Origin: an uncultured Ignavibacteriales bacterium
GTDB taxonomy: Bacteria; Zixibacteria; MSB-5A5; GN15; FEB-12
DNA length: 20,000 nt
Assembly: GCA_964464605.1 (NCBI GenBank)
Contig: CAYXJN010000001.1
Coordinates: 428,915-448,914 of the forward strand
Direction: 5' to 3'
Positions 17,401 through 20,000 of the stretch are shown piece by piece; the first letter of the stretch is position 1, and each line of letters starts with the position of its first letter. The position numbers and the translations under genes are program-made. A model generated the notes under the pieces. That model was not told the origin of the DNA, ran no database searches, and saw only the letters and a list, made by a program, of their open reading frames with translations.

Positions 17401-18052
17401 ATCGTTTGTCGATAACCTGAACGGTACCGGCACATTCAATTTCTCTCCGAACTTCTCGCAATCCGGAACTTACAACATCACGTTCTATGCGACGGATGGC
17501 GCTGTACCGAGTTCTATAGATTCGGAAGTCGTTGCGATTACCGTAACGGATGTCGGTTCCAATAATCCGCCGACGTTTACGACGACCCTGCCTGATACGA
17601 TTAATGCGATAGCGGGACTAACAACGCAAACGCCGGTTGGCGCGATTGATATTGATGCGGATTCACTCTCTTTGTCCGTTGTTCCGGTGCTTGCGAATTC
17701 GGTGTTCATTGATAACACGGATGGCAGCGGATTACATTCCTTCTCGCCGACTGTTGGAGAAATTGGAAACGTGTATGAAGTTCGGTTTATCGTAACCGAT
17801 CATCCGTCACTGACCTCAGATACGCTTATCACCCATTTTCTGGTGACGGCTTCCCTGCGCGGTGATGCGGATAATGACGCGAAATACACGCTCAACGATA
17901 TCGTGAAAGTACTGCACTACCTGTTTAGAAATGGCAGTTCTCCGCAGCCGTTCCAGGCCGGTGACGCAGATAATACGGGTTCGGTCAACTTGGGTGACGT
18001 TTCCTATATGATTAACTTTATTTATAACGCCGGCCCCCGCCCCCCGCAGTAA
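11495..18052 (+). CDS. Gene F: giant adhesin-like protein with at least 21 cadherin-like (tandem ~97-aa Ig) repeats and a C-terminal dockerin-like domain; no CTD; spans an assembly gap
   Basis: GGAGG at 11479-11483. Signal peptide ending GAAA|Q. Repeat consensus NQxPVLATISPQGPVxEG..LNFGVSAxDxD...LPxNAxFxDNxDGTGSFSFxP...ITFYATD...IDSExVSITV. Terminal RGDADNDAKYTLND...YLFRNG..P...GDADNTGSVNLGD...GPRPP (17855-18049). Confidence 0.92.
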   Translation: MRIRILIAGLLLSLGLAIGAAAQTAPPVLDPIGPQGPVAEGGNLAFGVSASDADVTIPILTTSTLPPNATFVDNLDGTGSFSFSPDFTQAGPFIITFYAADPITPDIDSEQVTITVTNVNQLPILATISPQGPVNEGAVLNFGVTASDPDTDIPVLTTSPLPVNATFIDNNDGTGSFSFSPDFTQAGNFSITFYATDAVSPTDIDSEVVSITVTNVNQLPILATISPQGPVNEGAVLNFGVSSTDXXXXXXXXXXXXXXXXXXXXXXXXXXXXXXXXXXNFGVSSTDADGVDPVLTTSTLPANASFVDNNDGTGSFSFSPDFTQAGTFNITFYATDGALPADIDSEVVSITVTNVNQLPILATISPQGPVNEGAVLNFGVSSTDADGVDPVLTTSTLPANASFVDNNDGTGSFSFSPDFTQAGTFNITFYATDGALPADIDSEVVSITVTDVNQAPVLATISPQGPVVEGNTLNFGVTATDGDAVTPILTTSTLPTNATFVDNNDGTGSFSFSPNLTQAGVYNITFYATDGAVPSSIDSEVVSITVTDAGNQTPVLATISPQGPVTEGNTLNFGVSATDADLVTPVLSTSALPANASFIDNNDGTGSFSFTPGFTQAGVYNITFYATDGSVPSAIDSEIVSITVDEAGNQEPVLATISPQGPVTEGNTLNFGVSASDLDLVVPVLTTSALPANASFVDNNDGTGSFSFTPGFTQAGVYNITFYATDGSVPSAIDSEIVSITVDEAGNQTPVLATISPQGPVVEGSTLNFGVSATDADLVTPILTTSTLPLNATFVDNSDGTGSFSFSPDVTQSGIYTITFYATDGVVPAAIDSEIVSITVTDAGNQVPVLATISPQGPVTEGNSLSFGVSATDADLVTPILSTSALPPNASFIDNLDGTGTFNFTPDFTQSGIYAITFYATDGVVPSAIDSEVVSITVDEFGNQLPVLATISPQGPVAEGATLNFSVSASDLDAVTPILSTSALPPNASFIDNGNGTGDFSFSPDLTQAGVYNITFYATDGAIPSAIDSEIVSITVTGTNQVPVLGTISPQGPVNEGAILNFGVSAVDGDGSIPVLTTSALPTNATFNDNGNGTGSFSFSPSFTQSGIYTITFYATDAIVPTDIDSEVVSITVNNVNQVPVLATIAPVGPVAEGLTLAFSVSATDGDGTTPILTTSALPANATFIDNGNGTGGFSFSPNVSQAGVYTITFRATDGLVPAAIDSEVVTISVIETGNNASPIVSIVNDTSIAENQVLVINVSAIDPEAGPVSLSVSTSLQHYSFVDHNNGTGTLTYSPTYTDQGIDTVRFIATDFGLPRLSGTEIAVITTNEVNQVPQFVPAGPFAVKVGKVLTFTLTAKDPTAPDTTTRIFVSGLGLPANSFFVDNGNSTGTFTFTPSAGQVGTDTITFLATDQGTPSQTAQMNVVVIVRPTNALPVLAPIGPRQVLEGNTLVINLSATDTDGPLPIVFSADNQPNNSSFTDNGNGTGQFTFTPNFAQQGLYAVTIKAFDGLDIDKEIVFIQVLDAGNQTPVVDSAAAQATTEGSPVTGRIVTHDPDNGTITITVQSGTAPFGFVLVDSGNGIATYSFTPDFSQSGVWNIGIIASDGTAADTSVLVITVADAGNQPPTLNPIADVTSKELRLISIHIISTDPDSTASIITSSALPPGATLVDSGNGRARFRWVPTISQEGVYAITFRAQDFDSPATIDSQQVIFTILDTTQMPIIFVNPTQRDSMMEGEVLNYIALGSDPDGVPPTLRATLSGQDSLATNMIFTDSGNGTGVLRFSPNFTQGNANPNFYNVIFKAIDATDTTLQATSFTIAFRVYNRNQKPVQNFSLGTGPFTIVGGDSVVFTVSSTDPDGGTPTTFAQNIPANASYTGSTNVKVFRFSPTLAQVGSYVVRFMSEDIQGLRDTINVSFNVTSSSNQAPVLATISPQGPVNEGATLNFNVSASDLDAVIPILTTSALPANASFVDNLNGTGTFNFSPNFSQSGTYNITFYATDGAVPSSIDSEVVAITVTDVGSNNPPTFTTTLPDTINAIAGLTTQTPVGAIDIDADSLSLSVVPVLANSVFIDNTDGSGLHSFSPTVGEIGNVYEVRFIVTDHPSLTSDTLITHFLVTASLRGDADNDAKYTLNDIVKVLHYLFRNGSSPQPFQAGDADNTGSVNLGDVSYMINFIYNAGPRPPQ
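11564..17854 (+). repeat. Coding tandem repeat array with ~291-297-bp units: R1-R12 highly similar (11564-15199), R13-R19 and R21 divergent, R20 similar to R1-R12
   Basis: Manual parsing of the translation at each N-x-x-P motif gives 21 units. Exact DNA matches include 11859-11925 = 12150-12216 (offset 291) and 13343-13440 = 13637-13734 (offset 294). Confidence 0.9.
12232..12331. other. Scaffolding gap (100 N) inside the repeat array
   Basis: Run of N flanked on both sides by the same 26-mer AACTTTGGTGTCAGCTCAACCGACGC (12206-12231 and 12332-12357). Confidence 0.97.
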
Positions 18053-18090
18053 TTGCGCTGATCATTGAAAGACAATGGCTTAGGCTTATC

Positions 18091-18127
18091 CAGGCCGCCT
18101 GTAAACAGGCGGCCTGTTCTATTTTCT
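18091..18127 (+). terminator. Rho-independent terminator after D-E-F
   Basis: CAGGCCGCCTG-TAAA-CAGGCGGCCTG, a perfect 11-bp stem followed by TTCTATTTTCT. Confidence 0.85.
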
Positions 18128-18164
18128 GACCCACAGTTCTCCTAACCCCTTACCAGTAAAGTTC

Positions 18165-18193
18165 TTGACAGTTTTTTAAGTACCAGCTATCAT
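18165..18193 (+). promoter_or_regulatory. Near-consensus sigma70-type promoter upstream of gene G
   Basis: TTGACA (18165-18170), 17 bp, TATCAT (18188-18193), just after the terminator. Confidence 0.7.
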
Positions 18194-18619
18194 TAGGTTG
18201 ATTACTGAGTCCCGCCACATTACAAAAGAAGTCTACATGATCACGCCAAATTTTCGGTGTGTGGTTGTCTCACTTTCCTTGGTGAGCAGCTTTTTTTGCT
18301 GATTGTATGGCTCATAATCGATATGCGATTATGAAAACAGTGTTTTGGCGAATACTGAATTTTGAAATGATCGATCGCCGCATGTGAATGCGGCACCAAA
18401 TCTCAATCTACCGCATTGCGGTCAGAAAGGAGTGTGATTCACAGAGTAACGAAGAGTAATCCGTTACCAGTTTCCCGTGATATGCGGATTGGACGTGATG
18501 TCACGCTGGCGCTGGTAGAACTTTCCACTGTATTGTAAAAATGGTAAAAAATGCGACTTATTCATCTTGAGAGAGGGATAAGTTGGGAACTAAGAACTAT
18601 GTGAAAGGAGCATCGGAGA

Positions 18620-20000
18620 ATGAAAAAGTTTTCCGTATGGAGTATCCTCGCACTGCTGACCGTGATGCTGGCGGCTTCTGCTGTGTTCGCTGTCCGTTCG
18701 CAAAAAGAACTGGACGCGCTGAATCGCAGAAAGATTGATCCGCGCATCTACAAAGGAACGATGTATGCGTTTCCGGATGAATCAGCAAATAGCGCCACGT
18801 CCCGCGGACGTGAAGTGCGCTCATCCGTTTCCTCATCTTTCCAATCGGCCAGCCCGGGTAAAGTTGTAGGAAACACCTGGTATGATTATCAGGCCAACGG
18901 TTCAATGAAGCGCCAGGCTCAGACCGGTAAACACGGCACAGTCCCGAACGATACGCTGCTTGTGCACTTTGCCTGGATGGACCAGGACGGTGCGTTTGCC
19001 GGCGGTAACGGTCGTGGTTACGGCTATCGCGCCTGGAACGCCAAGACCGGTAGCTTTACGACCGGTTCGAAGGTCCACATTCAGGATCCTCCCGGTGATT
19101 TCCGCGGCGGTTATGTTGTTCAGGATGTAACTCCGGACAACTTGGCTGTTGTGGGTGGTCACGAAGTGAGCGGAGCCGGATTTGTTCAGATTTATTATGA
19201 CTTTTCACCGGGTGCGGCATTTTTCAGCACCAAGCTGTCGCCTATCCCAACTTCCGTGGCCGATGACGGTACGCCGACTGAAAATCAATTCATCTGGCCG
19301 GCCGTAGCGTATCAGGTTGTCGGTAGCGATACGATTACGCACGTTTTATCCGGTGAAAGCGCCCCTGCTGCCGGTGATCCGCAGACGCTCAAATATTTCC
19401 GTAAAGATGGTCGCGATAACGTCGGTACGTGGGTGTTAGGAAAACAGGTTGATACAACTTTCTTGATTTCCTGGGAAGTTGCTGCTTCCCGCACCACGCA
19501 GAAAGTCGCTCTTGTCTGGACCGGAAACCTTCCGAATACCGGCGACTGTGATACCTGCTCAAGCAACAACGGACAGCAGTTCGTTCAGTGGGATAATGAC
19601 ATCTATTGCCAGATTTCCACTAACGGCGGCTCCACCTGGCAGCCCCGTATTAACATAACGAAGAACGTGGACGGCGTAGCCGGGCATCGTGTGTATGCCG
19701 ATGCTTCCGCTCTCGTTAGTACTGCCAACAATGTGGTTGTTGCCTTCAACGCCCGTGTCTGGCCGGCCGATGCGAACACCGGCGGCGATGCCGGCTTGCT
19801 CCGCGGCCGTATTTTCGTTTGGTCAGAAGCATTCCCGGCGAACGTCTATCGTACAGCCCACAATGCTGAATGGGATCAGACGACCTGTAACGGTGGTACC
19901 TTCCAGCTCAATACTGGTCACATGAACATTGCCGAATGCGAAGGTAAACTGTACATCGTGTTCGTTCAGTTCAACGACATTCCGGATGGCGTAGAAGATG
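18620..20000 (+). CDS. Gene G (3'-truncated, absent from the ORF track): secreted protein, probable beta-propeller with an Asp-box/BNR-like motif
   Basis: AAAGGAG and GGAG precede ATG 18620. My translation MKKFSVWSILALLTVMLAASAVFA|VRSQKEL...SPGKVVGNTWYDYQANGS...NDIYCQISTNGGSTWQPRINIT... has no stop through 20000. The Asp-box-like STNGGSTW is at 19616-19639. Confidence 0.9.
   Translation, partial: MKKFSVWSILALLTVMLAASAVFAVRSQKELDALNRRKIDPRIYKGTMYAFPDESANSATSRGREVRSSVSSSFQSASPGKVVGNTWYDYQANGSMKRQAQTGKHGTVPNDTLLVHFAWMDQDGAFAGGNGRGYGYRAWNAKTGSFTTGSKVHIQDPPGDFRGGYVVQDVTPDNLAVVGGHEVSGAGFVQIYYDFSPGAAFFSTKLSPIPTSVADDGTPTENQFIWPAVAYQVVGSDTITHVLSGESAPAAGDPQTLKYFRKDGRDNVGTWVLGKQVDTTFLISWEVAASRTTQKVALVWTGNLPNTGDCDTCSSNNGQQFVQWDNDIYCQISTNGGSTWQPRINITKNVDGVAGHRVYADASALVSTANNVVVAFNARVWPADANTGGDAGLLRGRIFVWSEAFPANVYRTAHNAEWDQTTCNGGTFQLNTGHMNIAECEGKLYIVFVQFNDIPDGVED

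Noticed and set aside
11416..17718. Series of similar minus-strand ORFs (M..PACVK.G.KLNEPVPSLLS...)
   Set aside because: Antisense shadows of the F repeats. They recur with the same period, have no independent RBS, and simply mirror the + strand codon pattern.
2..18052. Classical cellulosome
   Set aside because: No recognisable glycoside hydrolase, CBM3 or SLH module. T9SS-like CTDs point to a diderm FCB host. Dockerin-bearing enzymes elsewhere in the genome cannot be excluded.
19547..19558. CxxC motifs (CDTC in G, CANC at the end of B) as heme-c or redox sites
   Set aside because: No following His and no thioredoxin-like context. More likely structural disulfides.
18562..19925. Short ORFs listed by the track in this region
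   Set aside because: They overlap the long + strand frame from 18620, which has an RBS and a signal peptide.

Overview
A roughly 50% GC bacterial window of seven co-oriented (+ strand) genes for secreted or cell-surface proteins, labelled A-G. A is truncated at the left edge. G runs off the right edge and is missing from the supplied ORF track. The proteins are built from a few shuffled modules: cohesin-like beta-sandwiches, dockerin-like paired Ca-binding loops, ~97-aa cadherin-like/Ig repeats, and a 'QNYPNPFN...TKKM..K' C-terminal domain (CTD) of the T9SS type A / Por secretion tail kind. This vocabulary is typical of FCB-group bacteria, especially candidate division Zixibacteria (inference; no marker gene present). 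No catalytic CAZyme domain is recognisable. The main finding is a clean partition: CTD-bearing proteins A, C, D and E carry cohesin-like domains plus an internal dockerin, whereas CTD-less proteins B and F end in a different GPxP-type dockerin. This suggests a non-cellulosomal cohesin-dockerin surface scaffold that displays a giant repeat adhesin. Three sigma70-like promoters with 17-bp spacers and the terminators suggest units A | B-C | D-E-F | G. A 100-N assembly gap lies within the repeats of F. All domain calls come from motif recognition by eye and need HMM or structure confirmation.
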